Notes: generated from the sequence alone by a model not told the origin. DNA of 64,000 bases from Heteronotia binoei (GCF_032191835.1 NC_083227.1:167090001-167154000), one strand, 5' to 3'; shown: positions 12,030 through 24,810, counted from the stretch's first letter. Program-made: numbers and translations.

Positions 12030-13735
12030 GGGGACTCAAACTTTGTTCAATTGATGATCTGTTAGACTCAACACCATGGCTGATATTGCCTTACTGTTTA
12101 CAGAGTCCCAAGCTGTTTGCCTCTCATCTCTGTTGACTGGCTATCCAATCTGGGTGACATGCTATAGGTCTCTCGATTAAATGAGTCTTCATCATTTCTT
12201 TCCAAATTTGAGAATTTTCTCTGAGCCTCTCTCTCCAATGGCCATACAGTGCACCAAAGCAGATTACCATCTTTGATCCTTTGTCTTACCTGCTCCTACC
12301 TTGAGAGCACTCAAAGAGCCTCTGGCAATTTTCTACCTTTAATCAGACGTGCTTAACCAGGGCCCATAACCCTGTTGACTGTTTACCCAAGAGAAGTGCA
12401 CAAACTGACTGAAATGTAGACGAAGTTTTACTCAGGAATTAACACACTTGATAGTGAAGAGCAGAGACAGAGATAAGCTTCTAGCTACATCACTAGCTGA
12501 GAGAGCGAGCTGTGGAACTTTAGAGAAGCAGGATATTGCCTTAAGAGTCAGTTTGAAGACTGACAAGGAATGACACTTACCAGGAAAGAAGCTGCTGACT
12601 CCACTACTCTATCTAACTGGCCTTTCCTTTTGCTGTCCCTCTGCAGGGTTTTTCTTCTCTTCTTTTGTATACCAGACATTGCTTACTCCAACAACCTGCC
12701 CTGTGAAGTAAGGGAACTTCATCTTTTGCAGCAGGAAAGGGCAGCAGCAACCTCTTACACCACTGCCTAATGCAGACTGCATTCCTGTTTGCTGAAAGAA
12801 GGTTTCTTACACAAGGACTATCACATGCAGCCTCCCTTAATCAATGGCAGATCTACCCCACAATCTTAAACTAGTACCAAGGAGCTGTTATGTACCCCCA
12901 AAAGAAATATACAACAAGCACAGCTTGAATTTCATTATGGGAAGAATTCACTGTTACGAGAACATTAGCTCTCTCACCATCCAGCACTTGCTAGGCTGAC
13001 TGCCATGACATCTACACTGACTTCTGTCTGCACTGCAGACATGTTCAAAGAACACAGGAACATCCTGGCCAACTCCCCCACACAATTTCCAAATAGAAGA
13101 TTATTTCAATGTCGAGCCCAAAGTTGTTTCAAAAAGACAGGGATGCAACCTATCCACTAGCTAGGAAGGAGGGACAGATGATGAAAGAAAGGGAAGAGAA
13201 TCATGTTCTTGCTGGAGCAGTCGCTCTTCTTATTTCCTTTTATTTTCCTATTTCTTGGCAGTGCTTGGCTAAGAGCAGGGGTCTCCAATCTTGCTGAACA
13301 TGTGTGCACTAGAATTCTGAGGACCAGGGAATGGGCACCACCAAACAAATCACTGCCATGCAGGGCTAGAGGCAATTAAAAAACAGCTGCCATGAGGTAT
13401 ACTAGTGGGATCAATCACAACATGTTCGGAAGCTGCAAGTCAATCCCCTTCCTTCTCCTATAAAGACAGCTGTTTAGGATTCTCCTGCTCCAATGAGGCA
13501 AAGAAAAGCCAGGATTAGCTGCTGGGAAAAAAATAAATGGGCACCAGGGAAGCCACTGGCAGGTACCATGGCCACCAACCTGGGAATTGCTGGTTTAAAG
13601 GTTGAAGCATATCTGCAAACCAGAATCTTCCAGTCACTCACACATTCTTTATACTATTACTATTATGGACCTTCCAGAGTTCAGCTTAACGTTTAAAGAC
13701 GTTCTGAAGCAGGACTCCAGGAAGCTGGGCTTCCT

Positions 13736-14717
13736 GTGAGTAAGCAGTGGAGTGGCTAAGTTTGTGGATGACACTAAATTGTTCATGGCAGTAACAACCA
13801 GAGAGGATTGTGAGGTACTCCAAAGGGATCTGTCGAGGCTGGGGCAGTGTGCGTCAACATGGCAAATGAAGTTCAACGTGGCCAAGTGCAAAGTAATGTA
13901 CATTGGGGCCAAAGATCCTAACTATAAATACAAGCTGTTTGGGTGTGAACTGGCAGAGACTGACCAAGAGAGAAATCTTGAGGTCGTGGTAAATAACTCA
14001 TTGAAAATGTTGAGACAGTGTGCGACTGCAATAAAAAAGGTCAACTCCATGCTGGGAATTATTAGGAAGAGAACTGAAAATCAGCCAGTATCATACTGCC
14101 CCTGTATAAATCAAGGCTGCAGCTTCATTTGGAATACTGTGCACAATTCTGGTCACACCTCAAAAAATATATTATATTGGAAAAAGTGCAGAAAAGGGCA
14201 ACTAGAATGATTAAAGGGTTGGAACACTTTTCCCATGAAGAAAGGCTAAAACATTTGGGTTTCTTTAGCTTGGAGAAATGTTGACTGAGGGGTGACATGA
14301 TAGAGGTTTACAAGACTATGCGTGGGATGGAGAAGGTAGAGAAAGAAGTACTCTTCTCCCTTTCTCACAAATAAAGAATTCGTGGACACTCAATGAAGTT
14401 ACTGAGCAGTCAGGTTAGCACATGGAATTCACTGTCACAGGAGGTGGTGGCACCTGCAAGCATAGACAGCTTCAAGAGGGGATTGGATAAACATATGGAG
14501 CAGAGGTCCATCAGTGGCTATTAGCCACAGTGTATTTTTGGAACTCTCTGTCTGGGGAAGTGGTGCTCTGTATTCTTGGTGCTGGGGAGGGATTCTAATG
14601 TCCTGGCTCCACTGATGGACCTCCTGCTGGCACCTGGGGTTTTTTGGCCACTGTGTGACACAGAGCGTTGGATGGGCCATTGGCTTGATCCAACATGGCT
14701 TCTCTTATGTTCTTATG
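13736..14717 (+). mobile_element. CR1 LINE 3' fragment
   Basis: KFVDDTKLF...FNVAKCKVM; same 3' hairpin and TTCTTATG tail. Confidence 0.92.
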
Positions 14718-15012
14718 AGGAAGAAAGGTAAATAAAGAGAGGAGAGAAAAAGGGGGGGAAAGACAGAAAATAAAATATTGAGACTATAAAGCAGTAGGAG
14801 AAATGGGGCTAGAAGGACAGGGGTAGCCAAACTGCAGCATGGAAGTCATATGCGGCTCTTTCACACACATGTACTTTCACAGTACATGGATACTGAAAAC
14901 AGCAGCAAACAGAGCATACCAAAGTTCCACCTATACAGGAGATCATGGCCTTCTCCATTGTACCAGAGGCAGCAATTCAACAACTCAATCTGCAAAAAAA
15001 TAGGCAGATTTA

Positions 15013-16756
15013 CAGTATGTCACAGGAGTGAGTACACCCCGTCACATTTTGTAAATATTTAAGTATATCTTTTCATGTGACAACACTGAAGAAATGACAC
15101 TTGGCTACAATGTAAAGTAGTGAGTCCACAGCTTGTATAACAGTGTAACTGTGCTGTCCCCTCAAAATTACACAACTCACAGCCATTAATGTCTAAACTG
15201 CTGGCAACAAAAGTGAGTACACCCCTAAGTGATAACATCCAAATGGGGCCCAAAGTTTCAATATTTTGTGTGGCCACCATTATTTTCCAGCACTGCCTTA
15301 ACCCTCTTGGGCATAGAGTTCACCAGGGCTTCACAGGTTGCCACTGGAGTCCTCTTCCACTCCTCCATGACGTCACGTAGCTGGTGGATGTTAGAGACCT
15401 TGCGCACCTCCACCTTCCGTTTCACGATGCCCCACAGATGCTCAATAGGGTTTAGGTCTGGAGACATGCTTGGCCAGTCCATCATTTTTACCCTCAGCTT
15501 CTTTAGCAAGGCAGTGGTCGTTTTGGAGGTGTGTTCGGGGTCGTTATGTTGAAATACTGCCCTGCGGACCAGTCTCCGAAGGGAGGGGATCATGCTTTGC
15601 TTCAGTATGTCACAGTACATGTTGGCATTCATGGTTCCCTCAATGAACTGTAGCTCCCCAGTGCCGGCAGCAGTCATGCAGCCCCAGACCATGACATTCC
15701 ACCACCATGCTTGATGTAGGCAAGACACACTTGTCTTTGTACTCCTCACCTGGTTGCCGCCACACATGCTTGACACCATCTGAACCAAATAAGTTTATCT
15801 TGGTCTCATCGGACCACAGGACATGGTTCCAGAAATCCATGTCCTTAGTCTGCTTGTCTGCAGCAAACCGTTGGCGGGCTTTCTTGTGCATCATCTTTAG
15901 AAGAGGCTTCCTTCTGGGACGACAGCCCTGCAGACCAATTTGATGCAGTGTATGGTCTGAGCAGTGACAGGCTGACACCCCCCCCTTCAGCCTCTGCAGC
16001 AATGCTGGCAACACTCATACGTCTATTTCCCAAAGCAAACCTCTGGATATGATGCTGAGCATGGGCACTCAACTTCTTTGGTTGACCATGGCGAGGCCTG
16101 TTCTGAGTGGAACCTGTCCTGTTAAACTGCTGTATGGTCTTGGCCACCGTGCTGCAGCTGTTTCAGGGTCTTGGCAATCTTCTTATAGCCTAGGTTAGGG
16201 GTGGCCAATGGTAGCTCTCCAGATGTTTTTTGCCTACAACTCCCATCAGCTCCAGCCATTGGTCATGCTGGCTGGGGCTGATGTGAGTTGTAGGCAAAAA
16301 ACATCTGGAGAGCTACCATTGGCCACCCATGGCCTAGGTCATCTTTATGTAGAGCAACAAGTCGTTTTTCCAGATCCTCAGAGAGTTCATTGCCATGAGG
16401 TGCCACGTGGAACTTCCAGTGACCAGTATGAGGCAGTGAGAGCGATAACCTGCTCCCCCTTCACACCTGATACCTTGTACCACTAACAAGTCACATGACA
16501 CCAGGGAGGGAAAACGGCTGCTTGGGCCCCATTTGGACATTATCACTTAGGGGTGCACTCACTTTTGTTGCCAGCAGTTTAGACATTAATGGCTGTGTGT
16601 TGCGTAATTCTGAGGGGACAGCACATTGTTAAACAAGCTGTAGACTCACTACTTTACATTGTAGCCAAGTGTCGTTTCTTCAGTGTTGTCACATGAAAAG
16701 ATATACTTAAATATTTACAAAATGTGAGGGGGTGTACTCACTTCTGTGACGTACTG
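15013..16756 (-). mobile_element. Tc1-family DNA transposon (IR/DR type, DD34E), defective
   Basis: TA flanks at 15011-12 and 16757-58. ~235 bp TIRs (15013-15252 / 16523-16756) with repeated GTGAGTACACCCC. Frameshifted transposase from (G)TG-APHGNELSEDL through WSDETK, FQH-NDPEH (second catalytic D codon lost) to SPDLNPIE. Confidence 0.95.
16196..16331. mobile_element. 136 bp palindromic hAT-type MITE inserted in the Tc1 transposase gene
   Basis: Near-perfect fold-back (GGGTGGCCAATGGTAGCTCTCCAGATG... / ...CATCTGGAGAGCTACCATTGGCCACCC) with exact 8 bp TSD GCCTAGGT (16188-16195, 16332-16339). Confidence 0.9.
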
Positions 16757-16934
16757 TAAATCTGCCTATTTTTTTGCAGATTGAGTTGTTGAATTGCTGC
16801 CTCTGGTACAATGGAGAAGGCCATGATCTCCTGTACTCACTTCTGCGACATATTGTATATCCTGCTCCTGCTACCTCGCTTGAAGGACATGAAAGAGGCA
16901 GTAGAATTGGAGCACCATTTGCTTATAACCGTAC

Positions 16935-17132
16935 CTGGTCAAGGTATTTGGACTGGATCTTGTGCCGGGCCTCACACATCTTGCATGGCTTCTCTGGGTC
17001 AGGAAAGACCAACTGATTGACGATTATGTTGTGGGTGTCAATCTTGCACTTGGCCAGTTCCTGGATGAGCCGCTCTGTTTCATACAGGGAGAGGAACTCA
17101 GCGATGCAAACACAGATAAATGTAGTTTGCTC
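16935..17132 (-). CDS. GET3: GET3 coding exon 6
   Basis: [66 protein letters not shown] includes the CxxC zinc motif. 198 nt, canonical splice sites. Confidence 0.97.
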
Positions 17133-17198
17133 CTGAAGGAAGGAAATGGGAGAGTTAAATGTACCACAAGTTCAGCGACCCAAGAATACAGGGTTAGC

Positions 17199-17373
17199 CA
17201 ATGCTCCCTCTAAGCTGCGAGCTACTGGAATTTAAGTTGTGAGCGAGCGATTTGGCTACTGTATAAACCATTTTGCTCTGGGGCCATCCTTCCTGAACTG
17301 AGACAAAGATGGCTGAGCCAGAGGCTAAAAAACTATGAGCTAGCTAACACTAACCCAGCTTAGAGGAACACTG
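17199..17373. mobile_element. hAT-type MITE in GET3 intron 5
   Basis: TIRs CAATGCTCCCTCTAAGCT / AGCTTAGAGGAACACTG; TSD not preserved. Confidence 0.65.
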
Positions 17374-19615
17374 TTAGGGACTCATTCCTTGTTCTATTCA
17401 CCTTGCCCGCAGAGTTCCCTTCTAAGTTTCTCACCCTAACCCCCAACAGCACCCCCTGCTGCATGTCATCCTTTTGCTTTAACAGCAGAGGGAGAAGGGA
17501 TGGCTGTGGAGCACGGCTGGTAGCCTCTAAACAGCCGCAGTACTCCTGCTTACTTGTGCTGTACGTCTGAAGCTAGTGCTAGCAATCGAGGAGCCTTCTA
17601 GCCTTTACCTGATCATACAGGGTGCCAGATGCGGATACTCACAGGCTGATAGCTGCGGGAGTGCCTTGCTGCCTGCTCCATATATTTTATTTATTTATTT
17701 ATTCAAATGTATATTCCGCCCTCTGCGCAAGTGGGCTTGGGGTGGATCATAACATATATCTCACTGCCCCAGCCAATGGAGGGCTGCAAAGTATGCAGAA
17801 GAATATTCAGAACGTTACTAGTTTCTGCATCTCCCTTGGTGCTTTTTCTAGCCAAAAGATGGAGAAGAAAAAAACCATAACCAGACACTTCAGTCTCCAG
17901 CCATGCTGCCTAAGCCCCACCCCTGCAAACAGCTGGCCCTCTAGGCAGCCAGTGAGTTTTGTGTTTTTTCCTGTCTTCTTACCAGTGGGACAGAGAGGAA
18001 GACTGCGGGGCCAGTGGCAGGTATATACTCCCTCTTTGCCTCACATTCAGTTTTAGGCTGGAAGGAGTAAATCCTGGTTTTACACTCTCAAGTAGCTTTT
18101 AACCCAAAGCTGGATTTTGGAAGAGGGTTCAAAGCTGTTTTTCCCCTCCCCAGGAAGAAGGGAACTGCCTGATGTGCAGCCATCTAGCAAGGAATCACTT
18201 GAAGCTCCTTCAGGCTTGAGTACTGCCTGGAGACAATCGCTCCCTGTCCCAAGAGGCCAGGAAACTGGCTATTTGCAAGCCTGAACTAACTAGTTCATCC
18301 ACTGACATGCGTAGTGTCTCTTCCGACCGCTTTTGGATAACATACTTCCTATCTAAGCAACTAGCACACTTGTGCAATTGGTGGCAATGCGAAAAGACAC
18401 GAATCCTATCCCTTACCTGCTCTAGCATGAAAGATACAAAGGATACCAAGACAGACACACACACCCAATTGCTCTACATAAAGCTTCTGAGGCATTGGCA
18501 TATTTCTAACTGAAAATTCCCAGGACCATGAGCTGTTATAACTCCTTTGAGCTGCAGTAATTCCCCTCTTTTACAAGGGATGAGTCCAAAACTTAATGAG
18601 ACTGGGCCAGCTGGAGGTGTGCCAGTTCTGCCACACCAACAATTACAAAACGACACCTAAGAAGAGGTGTCCAGACAGTAAATGTTGACAGATTTCTCCA
18701 GGCACGTTTGCTATAACGCAGCAAAGAGGAGCACAATCTTCTATAAATCTTCAACAAAGCTCAGTTCTTTCCACGTGGATTGGAAAGAGTGGCTAAGAAC
18801 CTTGACAGCAAGAGTGCAGCAGATGCTGTCCGCTAGTCAAGATTCAACTTGCCCCCAAAATTACAGCCTACACCTAGCAATCAAAGCTGGAATGTATCGC
18901 TAGAAAAATGAGTGAGACTGACCGATGCACTTATTGCTTGGCTTCTAGGACCTTGCCAGCCTCAGTGAGAGAGGTTACAAAGGAAAGGAAGGCTGAACTA
19001 GGATGCCAAAGACTCAAGTTCGACTCTCAACTCTACTAGGTAGCTCCACAGATAACCTCAAGCGGTCATTGCATTTCCCTGCCATGAATGGAAAAATCAT
19101 TTAGACTCAAGGAATGTGGAATCCCAATGCTGCTCAGGACGAGGCGGATGTGAAACGAAGAGGATCCTTGTTTCAAGGCACTTTCTTCCCAGCACATACA
19201 ACGTGCATTCTAATCAGAGGATTCTTTCCGTTTTCCAGATCAATTCATTCCACAGCTGGAAGTGCCAGATGGAGCACAAAGATACAATTGTGCGTTTCTA
19301 TAAGAAAACCTTCCATTTGTGTGTTCATCCCCTCACTAGTCATCTATCCCAGACACCAACCAAAAGTTTACTGTAAGCTCCTTAGGATAAAAACCATCCA
19401 GGGCCTCGAGGCACAATCCTGTATTTAGCCTATGCGAAGCAGCTCCCAGCTTTTACCGCCAACTATGAGTACTCTGGATCAAGAACTTGCACCAAACTTC
19501 ACTCAACTTCTGCTTTCCTGGGGCAAGATATGACACTTGGCTCCTTCTCCACAGTTCCTCCTACCCTTTGCACCACCTCCTACTTTTTGCACCCCCATCT
19601 TTACAGAGTACTTGC

Positions 19616-19723
19616 CGGATCCTTGAATTGCTCGCTCACTGAGCGGATGACCGGGAGAGTCTCTTCCAGCTTGGAGGCCAGCTGGTCAGCATTCATGTCT
19701 CCCAAGCCAAGCATGTTGCACAT
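19616..19723 (-). CDS. GET3: GET3 coding exon 5 (ends at a GC donor)
   Basis: TAG| acceptor. [36 protein letters not shown], 108 nt, followed by GCAAGT. Confidence 0.95.
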
Positions 19724-19849
19724 CTAGTGAAGAACAGACAGACAGGCTTCAGGAAGGTGCAATGAAGGGCTTCTACCAACAGAGGCCCTACCAGAATTGT
19801 ATGACCAGAAAAGCTAAGAGAAAAGGGGAAAGCATTGAACTGGTAAGCA

Positions 19850-20135
19850 AAGGCCCCCTGTGCAAGCACCAGTCGTTTTCGACTCTGGGGTGACGCTGCT
19901 TTCACAATGTTTTCCCGGTAGACTTTTAAGGGGTGGTTTGCCATTGCCTTCCCCAGTCATTACACTTTCCCCCCAGCAAGCTGGGGACTCATTTTACCAA
20001 CCTCGGAAGGATGGAAGGCTGAGTCGACCTCGAGCCGGCTACCTGAACCAGCTTCTGCTAGAATCGAACTCAGGTCGTGAGCAGAGAGTTCCGACTGCAG
20101 TAGTGCAGCTTTACCACTCTGCACCACAGGGCTCT
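19850..20135 (-). mobile_element. Sauria-type SINE in GET3 intron 4
   Basis: On minus: A box TGGTGCAGAGTGG, B box GAGTTCGATTC, central GGTCGACTCAGCCTTCCATCCTTCCGAGG. Similar copies at 34126 and 45203. Confidence 0.8.
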
Positions 20136-20391
20136 GGTAGAGCAGCTTAATTCAGACTGAAGTCCTGGGCCCATATATTGTGGACTATGCATGATAAGTG
20201 GTAGAAGTACTCAACACCACACTTGACGAACAAGTTAACCACCCCCCAAACTGGGCATTTTTATATTGATCCCAAGGGCTGCAAAAACTCTGGGGACTAG
20301 GGTAGAGTGGCGTTTGAAGGAATTTATGATAAGTGCGTAACAGGGTCTTTTCAACAGGAGAGCATGGTGATTCTGATCCCTCTGTTTTTAC

Positions 20392-20542
20392 CTGTGATAT
20401 GAAGGGGCTGATCTGATTCTTTATTTGCATCAGGCGGCCTAGACCCCGCTCCACAATGGTAGGGAAGTTGAGCAGTCGTAACGTGTGCCCTGTGGGTGCT
20501 GTGTCAAACACCACCACGGAAAAATTCATCCCTTTCACCAAC
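20392..20542 (-). CDS. GET3: GET3 coding exon 4
   Basis: (R)[50 protein letters not shown] includes the switch II DTAPTGH motif. 151 nt, canonical splice sites. Confidence 0.97.
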
Positions 20543-21263
20543 CTGTGCAGACCAGGCAGAGAACCATGAGCAGCCCTTGGAGGCAAGAACACGCGAAATT
20601 GCTTTGTTTCTTAATATTCTACTCTGCCCCTTTTTGGGACACTAAGGAGGGCCTTCCCATAGCTCTTACTTCTGTTGAAGCGAACTTGCAATTCTACTGC
20701 AGTGGAAGACTAGTCTCTCCTTGTTGGGAGACAAAAAAGCATCGCACACAATCAGATGTTGTTCCTTGCTACAGTGATAAGGTCTAAGAAACCCATCACA
20801 GGTACCGTTGTACTACAGATTGGCTTGGCTATCACACATGGGCTCCGGGAACTCCAGCACAATTCTATCAGCCTGAACTTGCACAAATTTTTAACTGAAA
20901 ATACAGTACAGAAGGTGGTATCCAGCAAAGATGCAATTGCACCTTGAGCCCCTATTTCCCTAGCATTCAGTAAATGCTACTGCTTCCTCTACTGTGAGGG
21001 GGAAAAAAGAGTATGTGTGTGTACAAAATCTGACTTGTCCTCAATAAAAAGTGCATGCACAAATAAGACCAAGCTGCAGGATTTGCAGGAATCATACAAT
21101 AATGCAACTCTGGACGTCTTTACTTGAGATCAATACAGCTGAGTTTTTCTCACTTCTACTACGTCCAATCCCACAACAGACCTTTGTTCTTCTGCTTCTG
21201 AAATAAGACTTAGATAGGCAGAAGGGTGACAATAAGCCAAATGTCCAAAAATATAACCCTCAC

Positions 21264-21412
21264 CTCATCACTTCAGCATAGCTCATGGCTTCATCAATAC
21301 CAGGGAAGGCACTCATTGCCTCCTGCATCATTTTCTTGCCCATACTTAGCATGTTATCCTCTTCAAAGAATTCATCTGGAAGTTCTGCCACACCCAAGCT
21401 AGGATCAATCTC
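21264..21412 (-). CDS. GET3: GET3 coding exon 3
   Basis: [49 protein letters not shown](R). 149 nt, CAG|...AG|GTGAG. Confidence 0.97.
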
Positions 21413-21774
21413 CTGGAACAAGCAAGGACAGAAGAAATATGTTTAACATTCACAAAACAGTGGCAAGGTCAATTTGACTGTTCAACAAGAAGCAGTGATG
21501 ACTAAAAAAATATAAAAACAGAATTTCTGGTTTGTACAACTAATAATAGTTCTTGGACATTATGAACGCAACCCTGTCAAACTCTCACATTAATCACTTC
21601 ATACTCAAAATTATAAGAAATTGCACAATACTGACTCTATGATTTGAAACTAAAATTATTTATCAAATATGCTGCAGTGGTATTGTGCATGCTTAGGCAT
21701 CCTGGAAAGTAACAATTGGACTGGATCTATAGACGATATAGGTATTTATGTAACCCACCACATGCAACTGTAGA

Positions 21775-22050
21775 AGAAGATGAAGAAGCTATTGGATTTA
21801 TATCCCACCCTCCACTCCAAAGAGTCTCAGAGCGGCTCACAATCTCCTTTCCCTTCCTCCCCCACAACAGACACCCTGTGAGGTGGGTGGGGCTGGAGAG
21901 GGCTCTCACAGCAGCTGCCCTTTCAAGGACAACCTCTGCCAGAGCTATGGCTGACCCAAGACCATTCCAGCAGGTGCAAGTGGAGGAGTGGGGAATCAAA
22001 CCCGGTTCTCCCAGATAAGAGTCCACACACTTAACCACTACACCAAACTG
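21775..22050 (-). mobile_element. tRNA-headed SINE (same family as 26503)
   Basis: Reverse complement of the 26503 element; (GAA)n tail on plus. Confidence 0.88.
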
Positions 22051-22129
22051 TACACAAAACAAAAGGCACAATCTAGCCAAAAATTACATACAGAAGTTAT
22101 TTTGGTATTAAAGGGGAGAGTTAACAACA

Positions 22130-23880
22130 TTCTTAACTTCCCAAGTGATGATGATTATTATTATGATTAGCTTAATTGCACCATCCTGGCCTAGGCCAGG
22201 CTCTGGGCAATGTACAGCAAGTAAAATACAAGTCAAAACACAACACACAGTTAAAACAAAATAACAATATAAAATAAGCAATAAAGTTACAATACAATTC
22301 CCCTGATGGCGTCTTGCTAATTGAGTTATTCTTCCAGAATACTGGAGCATATGGGAGGGAGGAAACCTTTGGAGAGGGAGGGGGGCCAGGAAAAGAAAGG
22401 TGCCAGCCATCACTGTCCTCAATCAAAAGCCTGGTGAAACATCCCTGCCTTTCAGGCCCTGCGGAATTGCCTAAGGTCCCACAGAGTCTGGGTGTTATCC
22501 GGCAAAGAGTTCCACCAGGTTGAGGACAGGACTGAAAAAGCCCTAGCTCTTGTTGCTCACAGGTGGGCCTCTTCAGGGCCAGGGATCAACAGCAAATTGT
22601 TACCGGCAGAGTGTAACTAATAGGGTCATAACAGAGGAGGCAGCCTTGCAGATATGTTGGTCCCAGACCATTAAAAGCCTTAAAGGTCAAAACTAAAACC
22701 CTGAATCTGATTTGGTCCTCAACTGGAAGCCAATGCAGCAGGCGCAACACTGGCTGTATGTATGCTGTCCGTGGCGTTCCTGACAGAACTCAAGCAGCTG
22801 CATTCTGAACTCATTGGAGTTTCCAAGTCAGCCTCAAGGGTAGGCCAGTGTAGAGTGAGTTATAGTAGTTTAATCTGGAGGTGACCATCACATGAACTAC
22901 TGTGGCTGGGTACAAACAGAACAGGAAGGGAGCCCGTTGCCAAGTTTGATGAAGATTGAAAAATGCCACCTTGGCAATATGCATGATCTAGGCCTCCACT
23001 GAAAGGGAGGCATCCAGTGTCACACCCAGGCTCCTGATGCATGCTGGTATCAGTGGCACCTCATCAAGAACCAATAAGCTGCGCTCCAACTTCATCCCCA
23101 TTCCCCCCAGCCATAGAACCTCCGTCTTTGACAGGTTCCACTTCAATCTGCTCTTTCTTAACCAGCCTGCTGTCAAGGGTACTGGGGACCCTGCAGAAGA
23201 AGCTGAGCCTGCAGAATAAACTGTGCCCCTGCCACCTGCACCAGTGCCCCTGCCTCCTGCTGGAGAAGATCCAAGCCCCCCTGCCTCGCCCTCTCGGGTG
23301 GCTCGTGTGCGTGACCGCCTTCGTCAGGACATCAGGGATCGGAGGAGGGCGGCACGCTCACGAGCAAGACGCTCCCTGAGCCCTGAGTTTTGAAAGGATT
23401 CTGGCCCTTCTAGGAGTGAGGATGCTTGAGTCTCAGCAGGATCCTGGCTGCCTCTCTGAGCCAGCAATTAGCCCAAATGGGCAACAGACAGCAGAGGGCT
23501 ATATAGCTGTGGGCTTTGAGAGAAGGCTTTGTGGAAGCAACTAGTCACTTACCTGACGTTCTAGCATCCACTTCGGCTTTTGACTTTGGCTTCTGGACCC
23601 CCTGACTTTGGCTTTGACTTCTGGACCCCCTGACTTTGGCTTCTGAACCTCTGACCTGCGATACCTGGACTGTGATTCGGTTTTGGCACCTTGGACCCTC
23701 TTTGCTCACCAGCTACAGACCTTGGACTTTGCCTGACCCGGCTCCAGCCCGTGACACCTGCCATGGCCTCTAATCCCTTGGCCAGATCTCACAGGACAGA
23801 CTGATTGGTCACCCAGCTGGGTGTCATCCGCATACTGGATGGCACCCAAGTCTGAAACTCCATGCCAGCTGGGCAATGAG
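22130..23880 (-). mobile_element. LINE-2-like 3' fragment (interrupted by the solo LTR)
   Basis: AIQYADDTQL at ~23820-23850, then WLRKSRLKWNLSKTEVL and SLGVTLDASLS. (TAA/TCA)n-type tail near 22150. Confidence 0.8.
23171..23756. mobile_element. solo LTR (Gypsy-like or other LTR superfamily) inserted in an L2
   Basis: TGTCA...TGACA termini, 5 bp TSD CCTGC (23166-23170, 23757-23761), 586 bp, internal GACTTTGGC/CTGGACCCCCT repeats. The L2 reading frame resumes on the other side. Confidence 0.85.
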
Positions 23881-24614
23881 GCACATACACATGTTAAACA
23901 ACATTGAGGAGAGGAGTGCTCCTGAGGAATCCCACACAATAGGGGTATCTGGTGGACATCTCCGCATGCTGCACCACCGTTTGTCCCTGGACATTGTGGA
24001 AGGAGGAAAGCCTCTGAATTGCTACACCACATATTCAGTGAGTCAACCAATCATTCTCAACTGTGTCGAATACTGCTGTAAGGTCTAATAACAGCAGCAC
24101 CAACCTGCGTCTATCCAGCTGTCTACGGATATCATCTGTTAGAGCAACTGAAAAAGTCTCTGTAATCTCCATTAATGAGATCAAAAATGCCTAATACTGG
24201 TATCATCATGGCCTTAATATTCATTTTACTGACATTTTCTCGTAAGAATTGGCAAATTGGGATTATCCAAATTTTAATATTAAGCTAATAAACAGAATTT
24301 ATGTTCTTCAAAAATACTTTCCTAACTACCACAGAAAATCTTTTTATCTCAGTCTTTAGCAGTTTCCCTGTGAAGAGAGACCAAAAATAAGACTTTTTCA
24401 TTTAGAATGGTGTTAGGAAGAAGATAAACATTTTTAAAATTTATTCATAGTTAGAAAACAGGTATAACCTTTTCTCCCTCTTCTATACTGCCAGTGGAAC
24501 AGAGCCAGGAAAAGAAATATCATACCATAGCACACAACACAAAAAAGAAGTAACCACAAATTTTACATAAAAACAGCCCTTTGACTACACTATTAGAAGG
24601 AATTAGTTACTCAC

Positions 24615-24762
24615 CATAGCAAAAAGGTTGTCATAGCCCTTTACTTTGGTGGGAACCTTGGAAAATTTCTGATCAAAGGCATCTGAAATGTTATGAGCAG
24701 GATCAGTGGAGATGATGAGAACACTCTCACGTACTTTGGAAAGCTGCACAGCTAGGCTGCAA
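24615..24762 (-). CDS. GET3: GET3 coding exon 2
   Basis: CAG| acceptor. (S)[49 protein letters not shown] includes the switch I STDPAH motif. 148 nt, donor ATG|GTGAGT. Confidence 0.97.
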
Positions 24763-24810
24763 CTGGGTTCAGAAAGTGAAGAAAGGTGCAGTTATTAAAG
24801 GCATAGCAGT

